Shown here: positions 26,201-39,588 of the stretch, in pieces | Numbering within the stretch: position 1 is the first letter of the stretch | How the letters are laid out: the number at the start of each line of letters is the position of its first letter | Assembly (NCBI GenBank): GCA_040954595.2 | Contig: CM082595.2 | Span: forward strand, 9,723,918 to 9,787,917 | Origin: Balanoglossus misakiensis | Lineage: Eukaryota; Animalia; Hemichordata | DNA length: 64,000 nucleotides | Reading direction: 5' to 3' | Program-made: the position numbers and the translations under genes | Notes under the pieces: model-generated | Told to the model about the DNA's origin: nothing | The model's input: the letters and a program-made list of their open reading frames with translations, nothing else | The model's database searches: none

Positions 26201-26806
26201 AACACCTGCTGGATAATTTAATTTTTGCCCTTCTTGTCCCATGATTATATGTGTAATGTCTCATTTTCAATGTGTTTACATGTATATATGCAGAATCCAT
26301 TTCAAACTAAGTGGGCATATTGTAGCGCCAATCTTATTTCTTAATCCGCACCACAGAACTGATGCAAGGTTTAGGACTGGAAATGTATGTGGCCATTGGC
26401 CGACACCCCGGGCGAGAGGTCTCCAATTATTTTCAGCACGTAGTGTGCTTCCCGGTTGATAACATCAATATGTGTAAATGCCAAAAACCCGACCTATTGT
26501 AATACCAGTCAAATTTTCTTTGTCATTTACCATTTTTCTCTTGCATATGAAGGTTTTTCTTAAAGAGTACATACCCATATACATTTGTATGGGAGCACAC
26601 ATCCCCACCCCCTGCCAACAATAATTGGACAACTTTATTCTTCTTATACTTCTTTTTAGTCTAAACATTCATATAGAGAAGGCAACATGTTCTTGAAGCT
26701 GCTGACTATGGAAATATGATGAAGTACATTTTCCTAGTTGTACATGTACAGTATGATAGGCCCAATGTACCAATTGGAGATGTGTGCCTTACAGGCAACA
26801 TACATG

Positions 26807-29800
26807 TAGCTCTGCATGGGCTGGTTAATCAATGTTGACGCAAAGGTTGACCCTACCAAACACTCAAAATTAATGGGCACGACACTGGCCACTAGCTCTG
26901 CATGGCCTGGTTAATCAATGTTGACGCAAAGGTTGACCCCACCAAACACTCAAAATTGATGGGCACGACACTGGCCACTAGCTCTGCATGGCCTGGTTAA
27001 TCAATGTTGACGCAAAGGTTGACCCCACCAAACACTCAAAATTGATGGGCACGACACTGGCCACTAGCTCTGCATGGCCTGGTTAATCAATGTTGACGCA
27101 AAGGTTGACCCCACCAAACACTCAAAATTGATGGGCACGACACTGACCACTAGCTCTGCATGGCCTGGTTAATCAATGTTGACGCAAAGGTTGACCCCAC
27201 CAAACACTCAAAATTGATGGGCACGACACTGGCCACTAGCTCTGCATGGCCTGGTTAATCAATGTTGTCGCAAAGGTTGACCCCACCAAACACTCAAAAT
27301 TGATGGGCACGACACTGGCCACTAGCTCTGCATGGCCTGGTTAATCAATGTTGACGCAAAGGTTGACCCCACCAAACACTCAAAATTAATGGGCACGACA
27401 CTGGCCACTAGCTCTGCATGGCCTGGTTAATCAATGTTGACGCAAAGGTTGACCCCACCAAACACTCAAAATTGATGGGCACGACACTGGCCACTAGCTC
27501 TGCATGGCCTGGCTAATCAAGGTTGACGCAAAGGTTGACCCCACCAAACACTCAAAATTGATGGGCACGACACTGGCCCCTAGCTCTGCATGGCCTGGCT
27601 AATCAAGGTTGACGCAAAGGTTGACCCCACCAAACACTCAAAATTAATGGGCGCGACACTGGCCCCTAGCTCTGCATGGCCTGGCTAATCAAGGTTGACG
27701 CAAAGGTTGACCCCACCAAACACTCAAAATTAATGGGCGCGACACTGGCCACTAGCTCTGCATGGCCTGGTTAATCAATGTTGACGCAAAGGTTGACCCC
27801 ACCAAACACTCAAAATTGATGGGCACGACACTGGCCACTAGCTCTGCATGGCCTGGTTAATCAATGTTGACGCAAAGGTTGACCCCACCAAACACTCAAA
27901 ATTGATGGGCACGACACTGGCCACTAGCTCTGCATGGCCTGGTTAATCAATGTTGACGCAAAGGTTGACCCCACCAAACACTCAAAATTAATGGGCACGA
28001 CACTGGCCACTAGCTCTGCATGGCCTGGTTAATCAATGTTGACGCAAAGGTTGACCCCACCAAACACTCAAAATTGATGGGCACGACACTGGCCACTAGC
28101 TCTGCATGGCCTGGCTAATCAAGGTTGACGCAAAGGTTGACCCCACCAAACACTCAAAATTGATGGGCACGACACTGGCCCCTAGCTCTGCATGGCCTGG
28201 CTAATCAAGGTTGACGCAAAGGTTGACCCCACCAAACACTCAAAATTAATGGGCGCGACACTGGCCACTAGCTCTGCATGGCCTGGCTAATCAATGTTGA
28301 CGCAAAGGTTGACCCCACCAAACACTCAAAATTGATGGGCACGACACTGGCCACTAGCTCTGCATGGCCTGGTTAATCAATGTTGACGCAAAGGTTGACC
28401 CCACCAAACACTCAAAATTGATGGGCACGACACTGGCCACTAGCTCTGCATTGCCTGGTTAATCAATGTTGACGCAAAGGTTGACCCCACCAAACACTTA
28501 AAATTGATGGGCACGACACTGGCCACTAGCTCTGCATGGCCTGGTTAATCAATGTTGACGCAAAGGTTGACCCCACCAAACACTCAAAATTGATGGGCAC
28601 GACACTGGCCACTAGCTCTGCATGGCCTGGTTAATCAATGTTGACGCAAAGGTTGACCCCACCAAACACTCAAAATTGATGGGCACGACACTGGCCACTA
28701 GCTCTGCATGGCCTGGTTAATCAATGTTGACGCAAAGGTTGACCCCACCAAACACTCAAAATTGATGGGCACGACACTGGCCACTAGCTCTGCATGGCCT
28801 GGTTAATCAATGTTGACGCAAAGGTTGACCCCACCAAACACTCAAAATTAATGGGCACGACACTGGCCACTAGCTCTGCATGGCCTGGTTAATCAATGTT
28901 GACGCAAAGGTTGACCCCACCAAACACTCAAAATTGATGGGCACGACACTGGCCCCTAGCTCTGCATGGCCTGGCTAATCAAGGTTGACGCAAAGGTTGA
29001 CCCCACCAAACACTCAAAATTAATGGGCGCGACACTGGCCACTAGCTCTGGCCTGGCTAATCAATGTTGACGCAAAGGTTGACCCCACCAAACACTCAAA
29101 ATTGATGGGCACGACACTGGCCACTAGCTCTGGCCTGGCTAATCAAGGTTGACGCAAGGGTTGACCCCACCAAACACTCAAAATTAATGGGCGCAACACT
29201 GGCCACTAAGCTCTGGCCTGGCTAATCAATGTTGACGCAAGGGTTGACCCCGCCAAACACTCATAATTGATGGGCACGACACTGGCCACTAGCTCTGGCC
29301 TGGCTAATCAAGGTTGACGCAAGGGTTGACCCCACCAAACACTCAAAATTGATGGGCACGACACTGGCCACTAAGCTCTGGCCTGGCTAATCAAGGTTGA
29401 CGCAAGGGTTGACCCCACCAAACACTCATAATTGATGGGCACGACACTGGCCACTAGCTCTGCATGGCCTGGTTAATCAATGTTGACGCAAAGGTTGACC
29501 CCACCAAACACTCAAAATTGATGGGCACGACACTGGCCACTAGCTCTGCATGGCCTGGTTAATCAATGTTGACGCAAAGGTTGACCCTACCAAACACTCA
29601 AAATTGATGGGCACGACACTGGCCACTAGCTCTGCATGGCCTGGTTAATCAATGTTGACGCAAAGGTTGACCCCACCAAACACTCAAAATTGATGGGCAC
29701 GACACTGGCCACTGGCTCTGCATGGCCTGGTTAATCAATGTTGACGCAAAGGTTGACCCCACCAAACACTCAAAATTGATGGGCGCGACACTCGCCACTA

Positions 29801-32800
29801 GCTCTGGCCTGGCTAATCAATGTTGACGCAAGGGTTGACCCCACCAAACACTCAAAATTGATGGGCGCGACACTGGCCACTAGCTCTGGCCTGGCTAATC
29901 AATGTTGACGCAAGGGTTGACCCCACCAAACACTCAAAATTAATGGGCACGACACTGGCCACTAGCTCTGGCCTGGCTAATCAATGTTGACGCAAGGGTT
30001 GACCCCACCAAACACTCAAAATTGATGGGCACGACACTGGCCACTAGCTCTGGCGTGGCTAATCAAGGTTGACGCAAAGGTTGACCCCACCAAACACTCA
30101 AAATTGATGGGCGCGACACTGGCCCCTAGCTCTGGCCTGGCTAATCCTGGTTGACGCAAGGGTTAACCCCACCAAACACTCAAAATTAATGGGCGCGACA
30201 CTGGCCACTAAGCTCTGGCCTGGCTAATCAATGTTGACGCAGGGGTTGACCCCACCAAACACTCAAAATTAATGGGCACGACACTGGCCACTAGCTCTGC
30301 ATGGCCTGGTTTATCAATGTTGACGCAAAGGTTGACCCCACCAAACACTCAAAATTGATGGGCACGACACTGGCCACTAGCTCTGCATGGCCTGGTTAAT
30401 CAATGTTGACGCAAAGGTTGACCCCACCAAACACTCAAAATTAATGGGCACGACACTGGCCACTAGCTCTGCATGGCCTGGTTAATCAATGTTGACGCAA
30501 AGGTTGACCCCACCAAACACTCAAAATTAATGGGCACGACACTGGCCACTAGCTCTGCATGGCCTGGTTTATCAATGTTGACGCAAAGGTTGACCCCACC
30601 AAACACTCAAAATTGATGGGCACGACACTGGCCACTAGCTCTGCATGGCCTGGTTAATCAATGTTGACGCAAAGGTTGACCCCACCAAACACTCAAAATT
30701 AATGGGCACGACACTGGCCACTAGCTCTGCATGGCCTGGTTTATCAATGTTGACGCAAAGGTTGACCCCACCAAACACTCAAAATTGATGGGCACGACAC
30801 TGGCCACTAGCTCTGCATGGCCTAGTTAATCAATGTTGACGCAAAGGTTGACCCCACCAAACACTCAAAATTAATGGGCACGACACTGGCCACTAAGCTC
30901 TGGCCTGGCTAATCCAGGTTGACGCAAGGGTTAACCCCACCAAACACTCAAAATTAATGGGCGCGACACTGGCCACTAAGCTCTGGCCTGGCTAATCAAT
31001 GTTGACGCAGGGGTTGACCCCACCAAACACTCATAATTGATGGGCACGACACTGGCCACTAGCTCTGGCCTGGCTAATCAAGGTTGACGCAAAGGTTGAC
31101 CCCACCAAACACTCAAAATTAATGGGCACGACACTGGCCACTAGCTCTGCATGGCCTGGTTTATCAATGTTGACGCAAAGGTTCACCCCACCAAACACTC
31201 AAAATTGATGGGCACGACACTGGCCACTAGCTCTGCATGGCCTGGTTAATCAATGTTGACGCAAAGGTTGACCCCACCAAACACTCAAAATTAATGGGCA
31301 CAACACTGGCCACTAGCTCTGCATGGCCTGGTTAATCAATGTTGACGCAAAGGTTGACCCCACCAAACACTCAAAATTAATGGGCACGACACTGGCCACT
31401 AGCTCTGCATGGCCTGGTTAATCAATGTTGACGCAAAGGTTGACCCCACCAAACACTCAAAATTGATGGGCACGACACTGGCCACTAGCTCTGCATGGCC
31501 TGATTAATCAATGTTGACGCAAAGGTTGACCCCACCAAACACTCAAAATTAATGGGCACGACACTGGCCACTAGCTCTGGCCTGGCTAATCAAGGTTGAC
31601 GCAAGGGTTGACCCCACCAAACACTCAAAATTGATGGGCGCGACACTCGCCACTAGCTCTGGCCTGGCTAATCAATGTTGACGCAAGGGTTGACCCCACC
31701 AAACACTCAAAATTGATGGGCGCGACACTGGCCACTAGCTCTGGCCTGTCTAATCAATGTTGACGCAAGGGTTGACCCCACCAAACACTCAAAATTAATG
31801 GGCGCGACACTGGCCACTAGCTCTGGCCTGGCTAATCAATGTTGACGCAAGGGTTGACCCCACCAAACACTCAAAATTGATGGGCACGACACTGGCCACT
31901 AGCTCTGGCGTGGCTAATCAAGGTTGACGCAAAGGTTGACCCCACCAAACACTCAGAATTGATGGGCGCGACACTGGCCCCTAGCTCTGGCCTGGCTAAT
32001 CCAGGCTGACGCAAGGGTTAACCCCACCAAACACTCAAAATTAATGGGCGCGACACTGGCCACTAAGCTCTGGCCTGGCTAATCAATGTTGACGCAGGGG
32101 TTGACCCCACCAAACACTCACAATTGATGGGCACGACACTGGCCACTAGCTCTGGCCTGGCTAATCAAGGTTGACGCAAGGGTTGACCCCACCAAACACT
32201 CAAAATTTATGGGCACGACACTGGCCACTAAGCTCTGGCCTGGTTAATCAATGTTGACGCAAAGGTTGACCCCACCAAACACTCAAAATTAATGGGCACG
32301 ACACTGGCCACTAAGCTCTGGCCTGGTTAATCAATGTTGACGCAAAGGTTGACCCCACCAAACACTCAAAATTAATGGGCACGACACTGGCCACTAAGCT
32401 CTGGCCTGGTTAATCAATGTTGACGCAAAGGTTGACCCCACCAAACACTCAAAATTAATGGGCACGACACTGGCCACTAGCTCTGCATGGCCTGGTTTAT
32501 CAATGTTGACGCAAAGGTTGACCCCACCAAACACTCAAAATTGATGAGCACGACACTGGCCACTAGCTCTGCATGGCCTGGTTAATCAATGTTGACGCAA
32601 AGGTTGACCCCACCAAACACTCAAAATTAATGGGCACGACACTGGCCACTAGCTCTGCATGGCCTGGTTAATCAATGTTGACGCAAAGGTTGACCCCACC
32701 AAACACTCAAAATTAATGGGCACGACACTGGCCACTAGCTCTGCATGGCCTGGTTTATCAATGTTGACGCAAAGGTTGACCCCACCAAACACTCAAAATT

Positions 32801-33422
32801 GATGGGCACGACACTGGCCACTAGCTCTGCATGGCCTGGTTAATCAATGTTGACGCAAAGGTTGACCCCACCAAACACTCAAAATTAATGGGCACGACAC
32901 TGGCCACTAGCTCTGCATGGCCTGGTTTATCAATGTTGACGCAAAGGTTGACCCCACCAAACACTCAAAATTGATGGGCACGACACTGGCCACTAAGCTC
33001 TGGCCTGGTTAATCAATGTTGACGCAAAGGTTGACCCCACCAAACACTCAAAATTAATGGGCACGACACTGGCCACTAGCTCTGCATGGCCTGGTTTATC
33101 AATGTTGACGCAAAGGTTGACCCCACCAAACACTAAAAATTGATGGGCACGACACTGGCCACTAGCTCTGCATGGCCTGGTTAATCAATGTTGACGCAAA
33201 GGTTGACCCCACCAAACACTCAAAATTAATGGGCACAACACTGGCCACTAGCTCTGCATGGCCTGGTTAATCAATGTTGACGCAAAGGTTGACCCCACCA
33301 AACACTCAAAATTAATGGGCACGACACTGGCCACTAGCTCTGCATGGCCTGGTTAATCAATGTTGACGCAAAGGTTGACCCCACCAAACACTCAAAATTA
33401 ATGGGCACGACACTGGCCACTA
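26807..33422 (+). repeat. 86-bp tandem repeat array, about 78 units, with higher-order variant blocks
   Basis: Same unit as 3163-5270; 82/83/86-bp variants; no spacers. Confidence 0.98.
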
Positions 33423-33430
33423 CATGTATT

Positions 33431-34272
33431 TGTGATATTTTACATGGTTAACCACGCCTTGAGAAAAGTAATTATAAGAGAACTTTGTTTCCAAAGTTAG
33501 GGGAGAATAATCTAACGGGAGATGGGAGTACCTCAGGCTACTGAGCTCGTTCCCTTCCTCATGTACTTTACTGGGCGTATTTGATGTACTATAATAATTC
33601 CGGACAATAAATGAACGTAAATCAGATACGTTTCTCTGTGGATCACGGTTCTCGTCAGAGCCCGTTACCTCATCGCTACAGATTCCCCGATGCATGAACA
33701 ATCATGAGAAACCAGCGGTAATACAAGTGTCACGATTGAGTTTTAACGATCATAGATCTTGTTTATGATTACGTTTATTAAGAAGTCATTCACTTATATG
33801 GTTTTAGTCCAGTATTGACATTGGTACTTGACCCAGAGTAAACAAGATTGTGTAATTGATACATGTCAGAACGAGATAGAGATATCACGCGCTAAGTTCA
33901 TGTTTAAGAAATATCAAGATGACGTGTTCCTTTTATGACTTAATACTTGACTAACGTATTAATAAGGTGTGGTGAAATTTGAGATCACACATTTATCACC
34001 GGAGATCCGTGATGGGAGTCAACGAGCATGGATCGAGTCGTGTAATTCTTACGTGTGACCAGTAATAAACCAGAACTTTGTGTTACTCGGAAAACTTCTT
34101 GCAAGTCTCTGTCTACAAAAGGTTTACGATCTGCCGGGTACCTCTCTCGGACTTTATGAATATGTTGGGTGGAGAAGGAGATGGAGAGAATGTACGCCGT
34201 CAGCTTTCGGACGTGGCTGATTCCCCACAGAAGCCGATGAGGTAAACGTCCGGAGGACGACCGGCCGTAACA
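33431..34272 (+). mobile_element. Possible LTR (TG...CA), unconfirmed
   Basis: Begins tgtgata, contains aataaa near 34064, ends gtaaca; no PBS or TSD recognised. Confidence 0.3.
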
Positions 34273-34425
34273 ACAAACTGCATGAATTAAAGTTCAACAA
34301 TCCTTAGAAGACAGGAACGTCAGAGGTTGAATCTTGATGGGAAAAGGCGAGGTATCGATGGTTATCATCGGCGTACTGATGAAATTGTAGGATGTGGGGA
34401 CGAATCGGTTTACTATAAAGTGGGG

Positions 34426-34605
34426 CTATATAAATGGTGAACAACAGAGGGGCAGTGGCACCCCGTATACGAGAGGTGACTGTGAACTTGCAGTGTTTTC
34501 GATGATTACAGTTTGATATCTATATTGAAGGTAAGATGTAAACCATGTTAGTACTGTGTCTGAGATGCCAAGGTTCGATAGTCTACAAAGAAGTATTCTG
34601 TGATG
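34426..34605 (-). pseudogene. Short CR1/L2-type LINE reverse transcriptase fragment
   Basis: HRILLCRLSNLGISDTVLTWFTSYLQYRYQTV...VYGVP matches the RT segment preceding the GVPQGS motif. Confidence 0.8.
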
Positions 34606-35891
34606 CAAATGTACAACTGAAGAAAAAAGGAATCACAAATCTTAAAACTAAGATGCCGTTAAGAATTAAATTTCGCGAAAAGGAAGTGACGAAATACGTA
34701 CATTTTCAGGTGCTCTACAACAAGTAGTCTCCCTATCATCCCTATTGGAGCATGCAGCTAAAATTTACCATGACGTCATTGATTCTACGCGAACGTTTTT
34801 TCTAATGGCGATAAACATATTTTGTATAAATTGTGCTCAAACGCCCGTGAATCTCACTCGCAAAAATTCACAAGTGGCGCATACAACACTAGGAAGAAAA
34901 TTGTTTAGCAGTCTATAGAGTTTGTGACCTGAGATTTGGAAGTAAAAGTTAAACTTAAAAGTTGAGACAGAAGTGATTGAAGAGTAAAGAAACTTTTGAA
35001 GTGTTAAGAAAGTTATCGCATTCCTGATGAAAAGAAAAGAAAATACAATACATTCATTGTTTTAAGGAACACAAGGAAGACAAGTACTATGCAATCAGAG
35101 TATGCATGGATCATTCATCTAAAAATATATCTCCGCGTCTTTTGGCGGGTAAAAATAAAATGCTGGAACGGTCTTTTGGATGGCGGACTATTTGTGTCCT
35201 TCTTGTCCTCAGAACGCAAGTGGTCGAGTAGGTTTATTTCATTAAATTCTTATATTCTCAGTTGCTACCATAAATACTCAGTGTTCGTGTCGATGTATCT
35301 GGACGTCAGCACGATTCCATATATGTACCTCTCAGTATTAGCCAAGCGAGTTATCCCCATCGATAGAGTTTAATTCCCCGTTACATTCCCAACACCAATC
35401 CTCCCGCGTGACATTGAGGTTGAAGGTATACAAGCCTTAGGAATCATGCAACCATCCAGAAAGTGTAATAAATTTTGAAGCTATGATGTGAGTTTTCAGT
35501 TCGTTTCTTCTTTTGATTTGTTGATGTAACATTGTGCGTTTTAAATAAAAGATAAAAAAATGTACAGCAATGACGTCACAAAATTCACTGGTATTGATAA
35601 AGCTATATTATAACCTATATTATATGTGTTAAATACTACCGTATCTCATTATTGCAGTATTTCGTGCTTTAACACAAAATACGCGAATGGGGTTTAATAC
35701 AAAACTAAATGACACAATTTCTGTTTCTTTGCCAAAATTCTTAATCACAAGATCAACCCATCCTTACGCCTCTACTCTATTGCTAAGAGAAACCAGCGTC
35801 CGTAACATGCATTGTGAAACCCCTCAACAACATGCATGTCAACACTTCATTTTTTCTCCAGCATTGTCAGTTTGGTACCCTGACAACTCAC

Positions 35892-36322
35892 GGGGCATCA
35901 TGGGACAATATTAAAGCTGATTCAGTGTTTATGTGCATAAAACACACGGCGGTGGAAACATTCGTTTTAAATTATTGTGGACGCGCGCACGCCCTTGTCT
36001 GTGTACAGGTACTTGATGCTTGTCTACAGTCACGTGAAACGCTGTTGGTAGTACCCTAGAAGATAGATATCTTTAATCAGAACTTTGGTAAGGAAGGTTT
36101 GAGAAGTCCATTCTATGTAAAGAAAGTTTAAGAAGTGTGTTACCAAAGGGTGTGGGGGTGGCTGGGGGTCATCAATATATCACTCTGCATCACGTTCACA
36201 GAAAAGGTCGCGACACGCCCACAAATTCACTCACGACTTGCGTCACCGGTTACAGGAGTTCGTACAAAAGTGTGGTTTATGCACATTTACACTGAATCAG
36301 TTTTTTTGGCCCATGATGCCCA
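35892..36322. mobile_element. MITE-like element with about 55-bp imperfect inverted ends
   Basis: gggcatcatggg..ctgattcagtgtttatgtgcataaaacacac versus gtgtggtttatgcacatttacactgaatcag..cccatgatgccc. Confidence 0.6.
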
Positions 36323-36353
36323 TGGGCCAATACATGCCACGATGCCTCCAGAA

Positions 36354-36600
36354 TGATGATGGCAATGATGGTGATGATGATGATTGTGGTGGTGGTGGTG
36401 GTGGTGGTGATTGAGCTTTAATTTCCCTTTCTTCCTGTCTAACCACTTCCTCTCTCACCTTCACTTATTCGGTCTCTCCCCTCCCCTTCTGTCAAAGTCC
36501 TCCCCTCATTCCCTTTCCATCCTGACATTCTCATTTCCGCCCTCTTGCTTTTCTTCTCCTTTCTCACATTCCTTTTCTCACCTCTCTCCCCCCCCTCCGT
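36354..36600. repeat. (GAT/GGT)n microsatellite followed by a polypyrimidine low-complexity tract
   Basis: Direct reading. Confidence 0.85.
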
Positions 36601-37237
36601 AACATGTTATGTAATATATAAAGTAAAAAAGTCCAAAGCATGATGTTATCACAGATGACATTTGGAATGTATTATTGTACTATCTGGTTTAATTTCAAAC
36701 ATAGTGGAGTTATTTATTGGCCAGTATTTAAGCATGTTTAAAGAAGTCAAACAGCATAATAGGCACATTTCATATCAAACAAAATTGACCAAATAAGCTC
36801 AAAAGAGGATTTGAACAATTTGTCCCTTTAAGTAATGTTCAATATTGGATTTACACTTGTGATTGTATGTCATCTCCCTTTTGTTAGAAACCACACAGTC
36901 ATATAATAAACAGGTGACCTGACAATCATTTGAAATACCAAACTTCGGCAGCTATTCCAGTTTGGTCCAAAAACCTAATTTTAACTGGCACCTCAACTTT
37001 AGGACTATTATGGATGTTGCTGAAACTTGAAGTGGGCTGCTTGTGAAGAGGAAGACGTGGAGTGTCTCTCAGACAACGCTGCGCTCAGTCAGAGATAAAG
37101 TCAAAATATGGATTTGACTTGCAACAGTAATTTGTTAGTTAAGTCAAATTCAACTTAAATCTGTCTCTTTGGGTCAGTCTTAACGGGTGTAGCATGCTGG
37201 AAGGGTGTGCTTACCCATTTCCGACACCTAGTACCAC

Positions 37238-37680
37238 AGGGGGCTGCAAACATGAAAGTTATAAATGGCGAAGTACGTTCCATTCTGCGTTTTCCCAACC
37301 TGTCTTATCATTTGCTAATCCAGAATAAAAGCTATCCATTTCCCATTAATCACCTGCTAACGACTTAATCTGTGTGCCCCATCCACGGATTAAGTTAATA
37401 AAGTAAACATCGGTCAGCGAGTACTGGGTATTCTCTTACCAAGTGAGAACTGACCGATGTTTACTTAATCCACTAAATCCGTGGATGGGGCACACAGATT
37501 AAGTCGTTAGCAGGTGCTTAATGGGAAATGCAATAGTTTGTATTCTGGATTAGCAACTGCTAAGACAGGTGGAGGTAACACAGAAAAATAAACAAGCACA
37601 AAGATTGTTCATCAATTAATGTTTATTGGGGGAAAATGCAGGAACTCCGCCATTTATAACTTTCATGTTTGCAGCCCCCT
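37238..37680. mobile_element. Palindromic MITE (about 440 bp)
   Basis: agggggctgcaaacatgaaagttataaatggcg ... cgccatttataactttcatgtttgcagccccct ends, plus an inner inverted repeat of about 130 bp centred near 37432. Confidence 0.88.
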
Positions 37681-39323
37681 TGTGCGAGTACTACCACTTA
37701 GCAGTGGTTCAAGATGATCCTGTTGAAATTGTAAGTTTTTCTCTTATTTCTTTTTTGAACCTGGACCTGGTAATTAGCTTAGCCTGAGTAATATTGATTA
37801 TTGGACCTGGTTTGATGTCTTATTATAACAACTACAGAAGAATCTCTGGACACAGTGAAATACAATCCAGGGTTATGGTAATGACTGACAAATTGTCAGT
37901 TTAAAAAAGTAGACAAAGAACTCAGTTAAATATTATAATAAAAATATGCTTTTAATATAAGGAAAAGGTACAATTGATATACTTGTAATTAAAACATAAA
38001 TATAATGATGAAATTCTTCAACTGTTCTGTAGTTGCACCAGTATTTGTATAAGCTAAAAATGTTGACTTCTGGCAGGACAACTCAAACAGATATTAAACT
38101 TATTTATAGTACTTCCACTTCATGACTTTGTTCAAAAATTTCCCAAACTTATTTCATTGTTGATGAGTTGTCACCTCCGAACAACACAAAAAGGAACAGT
38201 TTGTATAAAAAAGTAATTTTGCATGAATCTTAAACATACATGCACAAGTTGAGTGAATAACACAATATAATCATATTCTACAATGAATTACAATATCAAG
38301 ATTAAGGGTTTCACATATGACATTACATTGCTACATTTTATATACATGAATTTAATTTGAAAAATTTCCATTGATCTATAACACCATGAATAATATAAAA
38401 ATATGCGAATAAATACTTTGAATTATTATATATACATGTCAGGTCTCAAAGTGAGTAACTATATTTCCATTCACCTATGAACTGGTTATTAACCAAATGA
38501 AATGATAGGATCTTTTATTTTGAGGATCTTATAATTGTGATCATACACATCCATATTCCAAAATTCGCATGCCAAACAAATATCAGATTTATACGGCCAG
38601 TTGTAAAGACAGTACAAGGGGCAAAAAAATTGATAATAGTTAATCATCATCTCCCTTCTTTTACAGTCTTGGAGAATGGTGACGGTTGAAGTCAAATTAA
38701 AGAAAAATATCAAGAAAAATATCAAAATTTGAAGCACTAATTCAGGAGGATATATATCATCGGGAGGTAGTCACTGAATATATTGAGAGAAATAATTCAT
38801 AATCTATGCATTTGGATGAAAAGACCTTCTACCTGATCAAGTTAAGGATAAATGCTGCCTTGTATGAATACAGAAGCAAGTCAGCATGCAAAGGGAGAGC
38901 TGAATTGGTACACTGTTAAATTTGTCCTCCAAATTCAACAAAAATATGTTGTTGTTTAGGAATTCTCGTATTATCATATCTTTTTCATTACACAATACCT
39001 TATAATAAGTCATAACAAATTTTTAAGGAAAATTCTTTAAAATATGTAAAATATATAACCTTATAACCAACATACTTTAAAGATGATTATTTATGATCAT
39101 TTCATTCAGATGTTGCTAAGAGTGTAATAATAAAGATCTGTTTCACTCCAACCAATTTAATGTGCGCTTATCACAGTACTGTCGTCTGACAAAGCATAAC
39201 TACTATTGTTATCATTTATGGGATTATACCAAGCTTATCACAGTACTGTGTCAACTCACAAAATGAAAACCATTCTAGTTATCATTTGAATTATACCATA
39301 CATGTACACACAGAGATGGCACA

Positions 39324-39588
39324 TTAGAAGTATCTGTCTCCGTGACTCTCATGAAATAGTTCATTTCTACTCTTAAGAGGCCTTGGTCTCCATTCCTCAC
39401 TTCCACTGGCACTACCACTGTCGCCACTATACATGGGATTGTAGTGATAGATTTCTCTGAAGGCTTTCTCATCTTCCACACTTTTCCCTGCCTTGCTATC
39501 AACATCATCTGTATCATCAAACCAATGGATATCCATAGTTGCCTCTTGTTCTTCCCAGCCTGGATGTTTCTTTCCTCCAAGAGCACAC
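39324..39588 (-). CDS. Terminal exon: cytoplasmic tail with NPxY motif
   Basis: cattcag acceptor; CALGGKKH...YHYNPMYSG...DRYF*; phase 2 matches the TM exon. Confidence 0.8.

Larger units (their letters stand above)
23645..33672 (+). repeat. Segmental duplication, copy B (longer satellite, intact right flank)
   Basis: Identical by eye to 1-3162 at offset 23644; post-array flank 33435-33672 equals 5268-5505. Confidence 0.95.

Noticed and set aside
3163-33422. 86-bp arrays as CRISPR arrays
   Set aside because: Units are contiguous and near-identical with no unique spacers; no cas genes; eukaryotic context.
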